Source of the DNA: Somniosus microcephalus
Taxonomy: Eukaryota
DNA length: 64,000 nucleotides
Reading direction: 5' to 3'
Assembly: GCA_052327205.1 (NCBI GenBank)
Contig: CM126205.1
Location: 245,892,001 to 245,956,000 of the forward strand
Position 1 is the stretch's first letter. Every line of letters starts with the position of its first letter. The position numbers were made by a program, and so were the translations under genes. The notes beneath the pieces were generated by a model. The model was given only the letters and a program-made list of their open reading frames with translations. It was not told where the DNA came from and made no database searches. Positions 25,501 to 36,459 of this stretch are shown in pieces.

Positions 25501-25650
25501 TTTGGATGTGCACTTGAAATGCCATAGCATACAAGGCTACGGGCCAAATGCTGGAATATGGGATTAGATTAGACAGGGCTTGATGGCCGGCGCGGACACG
25601 ATGGGCCGAAGGGCCTCTATCCGTGCTGTATTACTCTATGACTCTATGAC
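22586..25650 (+). mobile_element. Young CR1 LINE (ORF1 C-terminus + complete ORF2 + 3' UTR) inserted in Gypsy A RT
   Basis: It interrupts the Gypsy RT at INTH|KGLYQYNRL and ends in an (ACTCTATG)n tail. ORF2 is uninterrupted. Confidence 0.93.
22697..25567 (+). CDS. CR1 ORF2: apurinic endonuclease + reverse transcriptase (frame open from 22625; start unresolved)
   Basis: About 960 sense codons. APE motifs YFNARS, ITETW, YRPP, GDFN and SDH; RT motifs GVPQGSVLGP and FADD. The first in-frame ATG is only at 23174. Confidence 0.92.
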   Translation: MLPIIEKKTSQLGRQGKYIRARLDGIYFNARSLANKVDELKVLINTWEYDIVAITETWLREGQDWQLNIPGYRIFRRDRGGGIRGGGVAILIKESITAVRRDDILAGSSNEAIWVELKNKKGASTFLGVYYRPPNSQGEIEEQICRQISEKCANNRVIIMGDFNFPNINWDSQSVKGSEGVEFLKCIQESFLSQHVESPTREGAVLDLILGNVAGQVEKVLVGEHFGDSDHNMVRFKVAMEKDRDGPEIKVLNWGKADFNRIRQDLAKMDWDQLLVGKSASEQWEAFRREIEIIQWQHVPVKVKGGSKNHREPWMTGDIREWIRKKRRAFGRYKRLKTEEALEEYKKCRGILKKEIRRSRRGHEITLASKIKENPKMFYKYIKGKRITREKIGPIRDKSGNLCVEPEDVGGVLNEFFASVFTMEKDDVDIEIGRGDCDMLEHINIEREEVLAVLAGLKMDKSPGPDEMYPRLLCEAKEEIAGALTHIFRTSLATGDVPEDWRTANVVPLFKKGSREKPGNYRPVSLTSVVGKLLEKILRDKICLHLERQGLIRDSQHGFVKGTSCLTNLIEFFEGVTRCVDEGNAVDVVYMDFSKAFDKVPHRRLVKKVRAHGIQGALAHWIQNWLSGRRQRVMVEGCFCDWKPVASGVPQGSVLGPLLFVVYINDLDMNVKGMISKFADDTKIGRVVNSEEGSLSLQDDIDGLVRWAEQWQMEFNPEKCEVMHFGGTNKAKEYTMNGKTLGKTEGQRDLGVQVHRSLKAAEQVDKVVKKAYGILAFISRGIEYKSKEVMMELYKTLVRPQLEYCVQFWSPHYRKDVIALERVQRRFTRMLPGLERFSYEERLGRLGLFSLELRRLRGDMIEVYKIMRGIDRMDAEELFPLVEGSITRGHRFKVKGGRFRGDLRKNFFTQRVVGVWNSLPERVVEAETLTTFKKHLDVHLKCHSIQGYGPNAGIWD

Positions 25651-28260
25651 TAAGGTCTCTATCAATACAACCGGCTGGTGTTTGGAGTAGCCTCGGCTCC
25701 GGCTATCTGGTAAAGGGCGATGGATCAGGTCCTGCAAGGGATTCCAGGGACCCAGTGTTATTTGGACGACATCTTGGTCACGGGCAAAAATGATGGTGAT
25801 CACCTCGCTAACTTGGAGAAGGTGCTCACCAGATTAAAGGAATATGGGCTACGAGCTAATCGCCACAAGTGTGAGTTTTTCCAGAAACAGATCTCGTATT
25901 GCGGCCACGTCATCGATGAAGAGGGGTTACATAAGTCCCCTGACAAGATAGAGGCAGTAGTCAAGGCTCCAGCACCGGAAAATGTGTCACAACTGAGGTC
26001 GTTCCTCGGGCTGGTAAACTATTACCACAAGTTCTTACCAAATTTGTCTACGGTATTACACCCGCTGAACACCCTACTGCAAACAGGGGTACCATGGAAG
26101 TGGGATGACGAACGTAGATGAGCTTTCCAGAAGTGTAAAGAATTGATCACATCAAAAGAGGTGTTGGCCCATTTCAACCCAGCACTACCAATTCGTTTGG
26201 CATGTGATGCATCACCCTACGGCATTGGAGCGGTGCTGTCTCACAAATTCCTAGACGGGTTGGAGAGGCCAGTAGCCTTTGCGTCTCGGTCACTAACCTC
26301 AGCTGAGCGCAACTACGCCCAGATTGACAGGGAGGCCCTCAGCCTAGTATGGGGAGTAAAAAAATTCAACCACTATCTGCATGGACAGAAGTTCACCTTG
26401 CTGACTGACCACCAACCACTTGTCTCCATCTTTAATCCTAAGAAGGGCGTGCCAGTAATGACTGCACGGCGATTACAAAGATGGTCCCTGTTTCTAGGGG
26501 CGAATCAATATGAAATAGAATATAAAGGCACGAGACAGCATGGGAACGCTGATGGGCTATCGCGCCTGCCACTGCCTACTGTGGAGGAAGCACCAGCTGT
26601 GGACCCTATCGAGATATTTTATTCGTCGATAATTGAACGATTGCCAGTAACAAACGCGGATATACAGAAGGAGACCCGCAATGATCCGACGCTGTCACGG
26701 GTATATGAATTGACGGTGAGGGGATGGCCAGCACATGGCGACTCACTGTTGCCAGCATTCTCATCCAGAAGAGAACAGCTGTCAGTATGCCAGGGGACAG
26801 TGATGTGTGGATCCAGAGTGGTGATTCCACCCAAGTTAAGGGAGAGAGTGCTAAATGAGCTACATGAAGGTCATCTGGGGGGAGTGAAAATGAAAAGCCT
26901 AGCTAGGGCTTATGTGTGGTGGCCGGGAATCGATCAACAAATCGAAGACCTAACTAAGAGCTGCTTAGGATGCCAGAAGGTCCAAAATGCACCACCACAT
27001 GCCCCTCTACACCCATGGGAGTGGCCCTCCTCTCCATGGCAACGGGTGCACATTGAGTTCGCTGGTCCATTCATGGACTGAATGTTCTTAATAGCAGTGG
27101 ATGCTCATTCAAAGTGGCCTGAGGTGATAAAGATGTCTTCAACCACTACAGAGAAAACGATTGCAGTCCTATGGACCATACTTGCCAGAAACGGGTTGCC
27201 AGAGCAGATCTGCTCTGATAATGGACCACAGTTTGTGTCCGACGAGTTCCAAAAATTCATGAAAAGGAATGGGGTAAGGCATTACACATCCGCCCCGTAT
27301 CATCCAGCCACCAATGGATTGGCTGAGAGGTCCGTACAAACCTTTAAGAAGGCGATAAAGGCCATGTGCGATGAGGAAATTCCACTACAGCATAAGATGG
27401 CCAATTTCTTATTAGCCTACCGAAACGCGACACATGCAGTTACCAACCAGACCCCGGCCATAATGTTCTTTAACCGAAGGTTGAGATCTCGTCTGGACTT
27501 GCTCAGACCAAATGTGCGAAGAAATGTTGAGCACAAACAATTCCAGCACATCAACGAGAAGCCGACAAGGAGCTTCAATGTAGGGCAACCAGTCTTGGCC
27601 CGGGACTATCGCACAGAGAAGTGGCAACCTGGAATGATATGTACAAGGCAGGGGCCATTAATGTACACAGTGGATGTCGGGGAGAACATTGTGAGACGCC
27701 ACGTCAATCAGATCTTAGCATCACAGGAATGCGTCAACCCCATGTCTCGAGTACCTGGGGATGAACCCGACATACCGGTAGTATCTACTTCAGACCCAGT
27801 AGCAGTGGAACCCGATGAACTACCCGATGAAAGGGGGTCAGAATCGCCTCTGCACCAAGAACAAGAACCTCCGGAAAGGCGCTATCCCGAAAGGGTCAGG
27901 AAGCCACCCCAAAGACTGAATCTATAAATGGACTTTTGTTATTGAATGTACATGTAAAAATGTAATTTTTATTTGAATATTAAGGGGGTATTATTAATCT
28001 AAAAAGGGAGGAATTGTAGTGTATGTGCTTTAAGTCAGAACTACTTTTTACAGCTCCTGTATACTGTAGTACCAGCAGTGACCACACCGGTATATAAGCT
28101 GTGCGCATGCCTCTGTACCCCAGTCTAGAGATTACCCTCCTCCAGTAAAGACCTGTTATTTGTTTATGTACAGCATCCGTGTAATTATTTATCCACTGAA
28201 CCACGGATCTAACAACTGTGAATTAGATTGGCCCCGATATTGGTCCACCTGTTGAGTGTA

Positions 28261-28409
28261 CTCTTCTGGATGGGTGATTAAACGAATCATCTGTAAATTA
28301 ATAAAACTTTAAGAGAACCTCAACAAATTAAATTAAAATTTCATTGGCCGGGCTGATGATGCACTCCAGTTCCCACGGCGCCCACCGGTCGCGGAAGGCC
28401 TCAAGCGTG
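28261..28409 (-). mobile_element. 149-bp 5'-truncated non-LTR element (Tx1/L1-like 3' end)
   Basis: Perfect 14-bp TSD ACCTGTTGAGTGTA (28247-28260 / 28410-28423). The minus strand encodes LEAFRDRWAPWELECIISPANEILI*, resembling the Tx1-type ORF2 C-terminus. Confidence 0.65.
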
Positions 28410-29109
28410 ACCTGTTGAGTGTAAAGCCAATGAACATCAATTTTAGCGGTGAAATCATGATTACAATCATGTTATTGAAGAGTGAACATGAACTTTGCGT
28501 GCTACCTAGACGATTTTCAGGTGGCGCCGCTTATCCTCAGTTAGTCTTAACACTGCCCATTTCTTGGCTAAATCCAATTTCTAGGCTTTAATTCTTTCTC
28601 CCACAGTGTTTTCCTTTTCTAACAGTGGGTGTCTTTTGTACTTGGCTAACCAGTGTGGTACTTCATCCAAGTGATGCCTATGAGACAGGAGGATGGCAGC
28701 TGTGTGTCACTGGCAGGCTTCAGGACCCAAGGTAGCTCTCCATCTCTGTGAGCATGCATGCACACCAGATGGGCTATCTTCAGGTTACACCACTTTAGCT
28801 GCTGTGAAGACAGCCTGCTCCTGCATACTTCCAGGTCTCTGTGCATGCATGGGGGGAAGGAGAGACAGATAGCTAGGGAACTGGAATCAACTGAAGAGAC
28901 AGCACCAACATCCATAGTTTATTCCAACCTTCCCCTCTCCCAACATCTCTGCTCATAAGTCTGAGTGGATTGGAAGGGTGTATGGCAGTCCCTATTGCCC
29001 TTCTAGTTTGAGCAACCTCTTCTGTGAGCCTGTCCATGGATGCTACAACAATGCAGCTAAGTGCCTGTTTTTTTTTTAGCAGACATCATTCATGAGAGAA
29101 CATAATTAC

Positions 29110-29935
29110 AAATTATTACAAAGGATTTACAGCACAGAAGCAGGCCATTCAGCCCAACAGGTCCATGCCAGTGTTTATGCTCCACATGAGCCTCCTCCCA
29201 TCCTCCTTCATCTAACCCCATCAACATATCTTTCTATTCTTTTCTCCCTCATGTGCTTATTTAGCTTCCCCTTAAATGCATCTATGCTAGTCACCTCAAC
29301 TACTCCTTGTGGTAGCGAGTTCCACATTCTAACCACTCTCTGGGTGAAGAAGTTTCTCCTGAATTCCCTATTAGATTTATTAGTGATTATCTTATATTTA
29401 TGGCCCCTAGTTCTGGTCTCACCCGCAAGTGGAAACAACTTCTCGATGTCTACCCTATCAAACCCTTTCATAATCTTGAAGACCTCTATCAGGTCACCCC
29501 TCAGCCTTCTCTTTTCTGGAGAAAAGAGGGCCAGCCTGTTCAATCTTTGCTGATAGTTATAACCTCTCAGTTCTGGCATCATCCTAGTAAATCTTTTTTG
29601 CACCTTCTCCAGTGCTTTTTTATAATATGAAGATCAGAACTGTTCACAGCACTCCAAGTGTAGCCTAACCAAACGGCTATACACGTTTAACATAACTTCT
29701 CTGCTTTTCAATTCTATTTCTCTAGAAATGAACCCCAGTGCTTTGTTTGCTTTTTTAATGGCTTTATTAACTTGTGTCGCTACTTTTAGTAATATGTGTA
29801 TCTGTACTCCCAGATCTCTCTGTCCCTCTAACCCATTTAGACACTTATTTTCCAAGGAATATGTGGCCTGCTTAAACTTCCTACCAAAATGTACTACCTC
29901 ACAATTATCTATATTGAAGTTCATTTGTCAATAAG
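29110..29935 (-). mobile_element. 5'-truncated CR1 LINE
   Basis: RT C-terminus (QRDLGVQI, RRLRGDLIEVFKI, FFTQRVV) plus the 3' UTR. Confidence 0.85.
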
Positions 29936-31329
29936 ACTGGCACCAGGGCCTCAGCTGTGAGGGGCTTATTAGCAGATGGCCTTGGAGCTACCACCCACTC
30001 CAAAGATGTTTGCATGCTTCCTATACTGTGTACCAGCACCTGACACGTGGAATGTGGACTACTCCACACTTGTCACCATGATGTGGCAGTTGCTTGGCAC
30101 ATCAGTATGGCAGCGTATCATGCTCTGAAAGCATTCTTGTTTTGAATGCAGGGTCACAGAGATCTGAGTCTACTTCCTGTGGTTGCCCATGGGTCACCTC
30201 TTCTCCTTTTCCTCCTGCTCTTCCTGTTCTTGTTCTCCAGTGCTCAGTGATTCCACCACCTCAGTGCTCGAGTGGATGTCTCTTCTTAGGCAGAAGTAGC
30301 TTAGGATGTAGCTAGGCTGCCGCACGCCAAGTCTTGGGATTGTGACAGGTTGCCAGGTGAGCTGCTTCTTGCAGATGCCATGGTGGGACCGCCCTCTAAT
30401 TGTTGTGTGATTCCTGTGAAGACACAAAGGTAGGAAAATAAAATCATGTTAAGAATTAGGTTCATGTCTACTCATGGGCTTACATCATCACGTGGAAAAA
30501 TCCTGAAAGTTGGCATTTTCAAACGCATTGAGCAGGGCTTGGAGGGAAGAAAAGAAACAGAACAATGAGCTCTCAGTGGGAACATGCCTGTCCACTTTAC
30601 CATCTCTTGTCAAGTTATGTTTCTGGAGCTTGTTGTCCTTTTCTCAAATGTGGTCACTTCCCAAACTGAATGAGGTCAGGATGTCAGGCCATTTGCCAAT
30701 ATCCATTAGCCAGGCCTGGTGTGCTAATTTAATGCTTGGCAGAAAGTCTAAAGAATCATCCACTCATGGAATTGGGCATTTGTCTTTAAGGTACTTCATT
30801 CAATTTTCTGTATTCAATGCAGAATATAATTTCCCCAAATAGTTTTGGTAATATGACTACAGGAAATGCCCAGAGGACCAAGGGTCGCTCAATAATATCA
30901 ACTGCTTGTACCTTCTAGACACACGGGCTACAGTAACCTACGATAAGGGTTAAGGCAATGGGAGCTGCCTCCCGTGTCAATATAATGTACAATCATTTCA
31001 GCCTGTGTCAGTTTGACAGAAAAAAGACTGGAGAATTCACATAGGAGCTTCAACAAATCATTTCTCTCAATGACATGTTGCCAGAGGCCTGTTCGGCAAT
31101 TAATTCAAACTGTTCTTCAACATTCATGGGTAAAATTGTGCCCAAATAATTGCTTGGCTCCCTTATATTGTGAACTTTGATATTTCATGGTAAACCTCTT
31201 CAGAATGAGTAAGATTTGATATAAGTCTGCAGGGGTTAATGACAAGCTTCTGAACTGAGCTACTGTGGACAATGCGTTCTTGGGCCATTGCTTTCTAGCT
31301 GTGACATCCTTTAGGATAAGGTCATTCCT

Positions 31330-32200
31330 GTCAGGGGATAACAATGGCTGTTTAACAAATGCAGTATCATGATTAGGAGTTGGAAAACTTCAGGATGTTT
31401 ATAACATGCAGTGATATCTGATAATAGTGTTGGATCAAAAAAGTGCCTTGGGAGAAATGGTTGATCACTAATTAAAGTTGGACAAGCTGTGTGAGGTGGC
31501 CATGAAAAAAAGCAAATAGAGGGTTTTATGTTACATGCTAGGGCCATGGAATATCAAATACAGCGTACTATTCTTAGGCTATATAAGGCATTAGTACATC
31601 CACAGTTGGAATATTATGTCCAGTTTTGGTCCCCACTCATGGTGAAGGATATCTGGAGAAGGTGCAGAGGAGGGCAAACGGAATGATAGTTTACCTTAGG
31701 GCTCAGTTATAAGGATAGGCTCCAATGTACTTTGAAGAAACACAAGCTTAGAGAGGATGATTATGGGTTTTAAAATCATGAAGAGATTGGACTCAATCCA
31801 ACTAGATTGAGATGATATGACTAGAGGACACGCATATAAAATATATAGGCAAAGAGTTAGGTTAGATGTTAGAAAGTTTTTCTTTTCACAGAGTATCATT
31901 GCCGTTTGGAACAGATTAGTGATGTGGGTTCACTACAGCCTCTAAAAAGGAAGTTCCTAACCAACTAATATTATGAGGAGTTCTGAGCTATTGCAGTCAC
32001 CTAAAGCCTTCTTGATTGCCTTAAGGTAATCTTAGAGGAATTTCATAGTGTTTTTCTTGAATTTACATAGCAGGTGTCTTTTCTCTAGCCAGGAGATTGT
32101 GTGGTTAGGGGTTGGTCTATAAGGTTGCACCATTGTCTGGATGGGGTAGGCTTAATAGGTTTGATGGTCTTTTCTTACCTTCTATTTCACATGTTTATAA
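31330..32200 (+). mobile_element. Old decayed CR1 3' fragment
   Basis: Recognisable LEYYVQFWSP and TRGHAYK...KFFFSQ remnants. Confidence 0.6.
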
Positions 32201-32394
32201 TCAATTTAGAGAATTTCTCGCATGTCCTCATCCTTTCCTTATATACTGACATCTGATTCAGCTAGTTACTTGGAGACAGTGTATCATTGTTGCTAAAACA
32301 GGTGGGTTTCTTATCCTTTTCTATATTCATATCTATTGGAGCACTGACTGCTATACGGGCAATTTTCATTTTTAATGACAAGTTTCTTTCATAG

Positions 32395-32840
32395 TTGATA
32401 CTGGTAAATGTATCTGGTTACACGAGGATATGGGGTCAGAAGCTGAGCTTATGGTCAATTAGGACACTGAGGTTGCAAACTGTCTGGTTCAACCTAAGGC
32501 AGTGGTCAGGGAGGGGGTTGGTCTTAGTGCCAAGATTACAGAGTTTGTGGCAGCGGCCAAAGACAATGGCTTCGGTCTTTCCAGTGTTAACTTGGAGGAC
32601 AAGTAGTCTGGCAGCACAGAGGCAGTGGAGAATGTTAGAGAGGAGGTGGAGAGGTAGTGCTGGGTGTCATCAGCATACATGTCGAAGCTGACCCCATGTG
32701 TTTGGATGGTGTTGCTAAGGGGCAGCATGTAGATGAGGAAGAGGAGGAGGAACAGATAGATCCTTGTGGAACTTCAGAGGTGGGAAGAAAAGCCATTGTT
32801 GGAGATGCTGTGGCTATGATTGGATTAGTAAGAGTGGAAC
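32395..32840 (-). mobile_element. L2-clade LINE RT fragment
   Basis: EVPQGSI and HGVSFDMYADDTQHYLST motifs. Confidence 0.65.
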
Positions 32841-34644
32841 CAAGCAAAAACAGTCCCAACATATCTGGATCCCATCTTAATTTGCAGCCCTTCACCCAGA
32901 CTCCCAACAGACTCATTGAGGGACTGTGACAAAGGAACATGGATTTTTGGCTCCAATATCTTCAACTTCTACCAGGCAAAACTCCAAACACAGTTAATGT
33001 ATATCGATCAGTTTATTTAATAATCAGTAACAATGATACAAGTCAGAAACTGCTTCAACATTTCTGTCTCTCTCTTTCCCCACAACATGCCCTGGGTTTT
33101 GCTTCATATGCCCAACTTCCCCCTATCCTTCCACAGGAGTGGGAGATGCCATGCCCCTACCTTTTCACTCCAGAGTCCCTTATATCCTAGTCCTTAGTAA
33201 CCACCACTACCCCTCACCCCTCCACACAACCCTCCCAGGACATTTTCAAAATCCTCATTCTTGTTTATAAATTCACTGCTTGGCTTTGAGTATCCTACCT
33301 CTGCAAACTGCCCCATCCTTACATCCCAGCCCACACCCTCTGCTCTTTTGGTTTTGTAAAAGTCCAATTCTCCTTAGGCGCCAGAATCTTCAGCCATTGT
33401 ACCCCTGCCTGGCCTTCCTACACCTCTCCCCATCTTTAAAACCCTCCTCTTCAACCAGACCTCCCCTAACTCTTCTTCCAATGCCTTCTTGGTGTCCATT
33501 CTCCCACTTTGTGAATCACCTTAGAATGTTTTGCAATGTTATACTATATATAAATACAAATTGCTGTTGATACATTCAGTATGAATGTTGTGCATTTCTG
33601 CCCATAAAGCTTCTGCCCACTGTTGGGGCAAATAATCTTCAGCTAAGGATGGGCAATAAATGCCAGCCTTGTCAGCGATGCCCACATCCTGAAGAATGAT
33701 AAAGAAAACAAAATACTAAATTTCAACTCCATTCAATAAACATCTAACTTTGCCGTTAGAGATTTAAACTGTTTTATTTTTAAACAATAATTGGTTTTTA
33801 CTCACAGTTAAATGAACGTGGGATGGCATTTCATGGTAATAATGAAATTTAAGGTGTGGGTACGAGAGCTTTTAGCTGTCCCAGTGTTTGTAGCAAAGGC
33901 TCATCTATTTTTGTGATGAGGATTTAGATTTAAAAGGTGAAATTCAAGATCATGCTTCCAGTTGTTGCCTTATTAGCAAAATGCGTCTTTGCTACATGCA
34001 AGTAGTTTGAATTTTCAAATGAATCATTTATGCTTGTTATAAAAAATCATGTATTAGTCATTTTAGTAAGAAACAGCTGTGATATCTTGACATTATCCAG
34101 CAATCTGTGCTGTTTTCCGAAGGTTCTGGCGGATAAATCATTCCAGTTAATAAATCCTCATAAATATTCTTTCATAATTTCCCACATTTTATGGGATATT
34201 AAAAAGTCATCAACTAAAGTATTGCTTATTAAACAAATAGGCAAACACATTTGAGGTAATCAAGTTAGTAATATACAGTAGCATTAGCTTCATTTAAAAC
34301 GAGCACAGAAAGTGCAGAACTCTTTAGCAGTCACGCTGTGTTTGTTTATGCAAGATCAGGCTACTGCCCAAATAATTAGACCAGTTTCAGCTGAATGAGA
34401 CAGCTTATCAACTAAACTTCTTGACACTGTCAGAAACAGTTATTCTCATTTGATGACAACCAACTGCTGAGTATTGAATGAATAATTATCAATCCTTTGC
34501 TAAACCAAAATTGTAAGTACTTAGCTCTGAACTGCAACACTTCCCACAAATGCAAGTCCAATTGGAAAATTGCAAGATCACTATGTATATTTAAAGGTCT
34601 GATTTATTTCTATTTTTTAAAGTCTTTTTGCATTTTTTAAATTA

Positions 34645-34848
34645 TTATTCATTCATGGGATGTGGGCATCACTGGCAAGGCCAGCATTTATTGCCCATCC
34701 CTAATTGCCCTTGAGAAGGTGGTGGTGAGCCGCCTTCTTGAACCACTGCAGTCGTGTGGTGAAGGTACTCCCGCAATGTTGTTAAGAAGGGAGTTCCAGG
34801 ATTTTGACCTAGCGACAATGAAGGAACAGTGATATACTTCCAAGTCAG
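34645..34848 (-). mobile_element. 3' end of a CR1/L2-group LINE whose body resumes at 53821
   Basis: Reverse complement of the 3' UTR at about 3945-4140. Confidence 0.75.
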
Positions 34849-34854
34849 CTCCAT

Positions 34855-35250
34855 AGCGGCAGCAGCGGGGCTATAAAAGGCCCCAGAGACCAGGTAAGGC
34901 CTCAGTGCATCGGCGGGAATCTCGAGCGGCAGCAGCGGGGCTATAAAAGGCCCCAGAGACCAGGTAAGGCCTCAGTGCGTCAGCGGGAATCTCGAGCGGC
35001 AGCAGCGGGGCTATAAAAGGCCCCAGAGACCAGGTAAGGCCTCAGTGCATCGGCGGGAATCTGGAGCGGCAGCAGCGGGGCTATAAAAGGCCCCAGAGAC
35101 CAGGTAAGGCCTCAGTGCGTCGGCGGGAATCTCGAGCGGCAGCAGTGGGGCTATAAAAGGCCCCAGACACCAGGTAAGGCCTCAGTGCGTCGGCGGGAAT
35201 CTCGAGCGGCAGCAGCGGGGCTATAAAAGGCCCCAGAGACCAGGTAAGGC
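34855..35250 (+). repeat. 70-bp tandem monomers (~5.6 copies) forming the CR1 5' UTR/promoter
   Basis: Units start at 34855, 34925, 34995, 35065, 35135 and 35205. Each has GGGGC-TATAAAAG-GCCCC and CAGGTAAG, and the complete ones also have TCAGT. Confidence 0.92.
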
Positions 35251-35473
35251 GTACCAATCTCCAGTCTGGGAACTCGGAGGGAAGGAGAGAGGTAAAAAGT
35301 AATCCAAGTGTGACGTCACCAGAAAGCGGGTAAGTGATTGGTTGGTAAGTATTTCTCCCTTTTTAAGCTTAAATCTCTTTGGTTTATAGTTTCTAAGGTG
35401 TGATATTCACCATCTAGAATCGGGGCAGAGGGTATTTAAGAATAATATTAATAAATTTAATTAATTACATAGA

Positions 35474-36422
35474 ATGGGAGATCAGGTGATGTGTTGCTGC
35501 TGCAATATGTGGGAGCTGGTGAACACCATTGATGCTCACGGTGATCACATTTGCAGTAAGTGTTGGCTGCTCGAGGAACTCCGGCTCCGTGTTGAAGAGC
35601 TGGAGTCCGAGCTTCAAACACTGAGACACATCAGGGAGGGGGAGAGTTACCTGGACTCTGTGTATCACGAGGTATTCACACCAATTAGATTAATTAATTC
35701 AGATGTAGTCCGTGGCCAGGGTCAGGATGGTGTGACTAGAAGTGAGGCAGGTACGGGGATCCAGGAGGTAGTGTTGGAGGAGCCGCAGCCCTTGCACTTG
35801 TCCAACAGGTTCGAGGCTCTTACTCCCTGTGAGGATGGGAACAGGGACTGCGGGGAGGATGAGCAACCAGACCACAGCACCGTGGAGCAGGGGGCCATTC
35901 AAGTGGGGGGAGTTAAAAGAAATGTTGTAGTGGTAGGGGATAGTATCGTTAGGGGGATAGATAGAGTTTTTGCAGCCGAGAGCGAGAGTCCCGAAGGCTG
36001 TGTTGCCTGCCAGGGTTAAGGACATCTCCTCTGGACTGGAGAGAAACTTGGAGTGGGAGGGCGAGGATCCAGTTGTCGTGGTCCATGTTGGTACCAACGA
36101 CATAGATAGGACAAGGAAGGAGGTTCTGCTGAGGGAGTTTGAGCAGCTAGGGGCCAAATTAAAAAGCAGAACCACAAGGGTAATAATCTCTGGATTATTA
36201 CCTGAGCCACGAGCGAATTTGGCTAGGACAAATAAAATTAGAGAGTTAAATGCGTGGCTCAAAGACTGGTGTGGGAGAAATGGGTTTTGCTTCCAGGGAC
36301 ACTGGCACCAGTACTGGGGCAGGAGGGAGCTGTTCCGTTGGGACGGTCTTCACTTGGCCAGTGCTGGGACTAGAGTCCTGGTGGATCATATAACTAGGGC
36401 TGTAGAGAGGGCTTTAAACTAA
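35474..36422 (+). pseudogene. CR1 ORF1: zinc-finger/leucine zipper + SGNH esterase (one frameshift near 35975)
   Basis: CCCNMWE...HICSKC zinc finger with heptad leucines, followed by VVGDS, HVGTND and DGLH esterase blocks. Confidence 0.85.
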
Positions 36423-36459
36423 CTAATGGGGGGAGGTTCCTAGAGAGCAAATAATAAAA

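Larger units (their letters stand above)
20913..27927 (+). pseudogene. Gypsy A gag-pol polyprotein (in-frame stops; RT split by CR1)
   Basis: Contains double zinc knuckles (CYRCG...CRQCGKAGHIARVC), protease LDTGS, RT YLDD, RNase H CDAS, an integrase HHCC domain and SDNGPQF...NGLAER. Confidence 0.9.
20028..28214 (+). mobile_element. Gypsy/Ty3 LTR retrotransposon A (Mag-like), defective, carrying a CR1 insertion
   Basis: LTRs at about 20028-20239 and 28015-28214. PBS TGGCGACGAG at 20241 is complementary to the tRNA-Ser(GCU) 3' end, and PPT AAAAAGGGAGGAA precedes the 3' LTR. Domain order is gag-PR-RT-RH-IN. Confidence 0.9.

Noticed and set aside
22774-25530. Multiple minus-strand ORFs opposite CR1 ORF2 (similar ones lie opposite the Gypsy pol genes)
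   Set aside because: Antisense shadows of coding sequence with no recognisable domains.
28600-30500. Possible decayed Harbinger Myb last exon around the CR1 at 29110-29935
   Set aside because: Only compositional resemblance; no boundaries or frame could be established.
34855-35250. CRISPR-like array (also the 54-, 63- and 44-bp repeats)
   Set aside because: Head-to-tail repeats with no unique spacers and no cas genes, all inside eukaryotic TEs.
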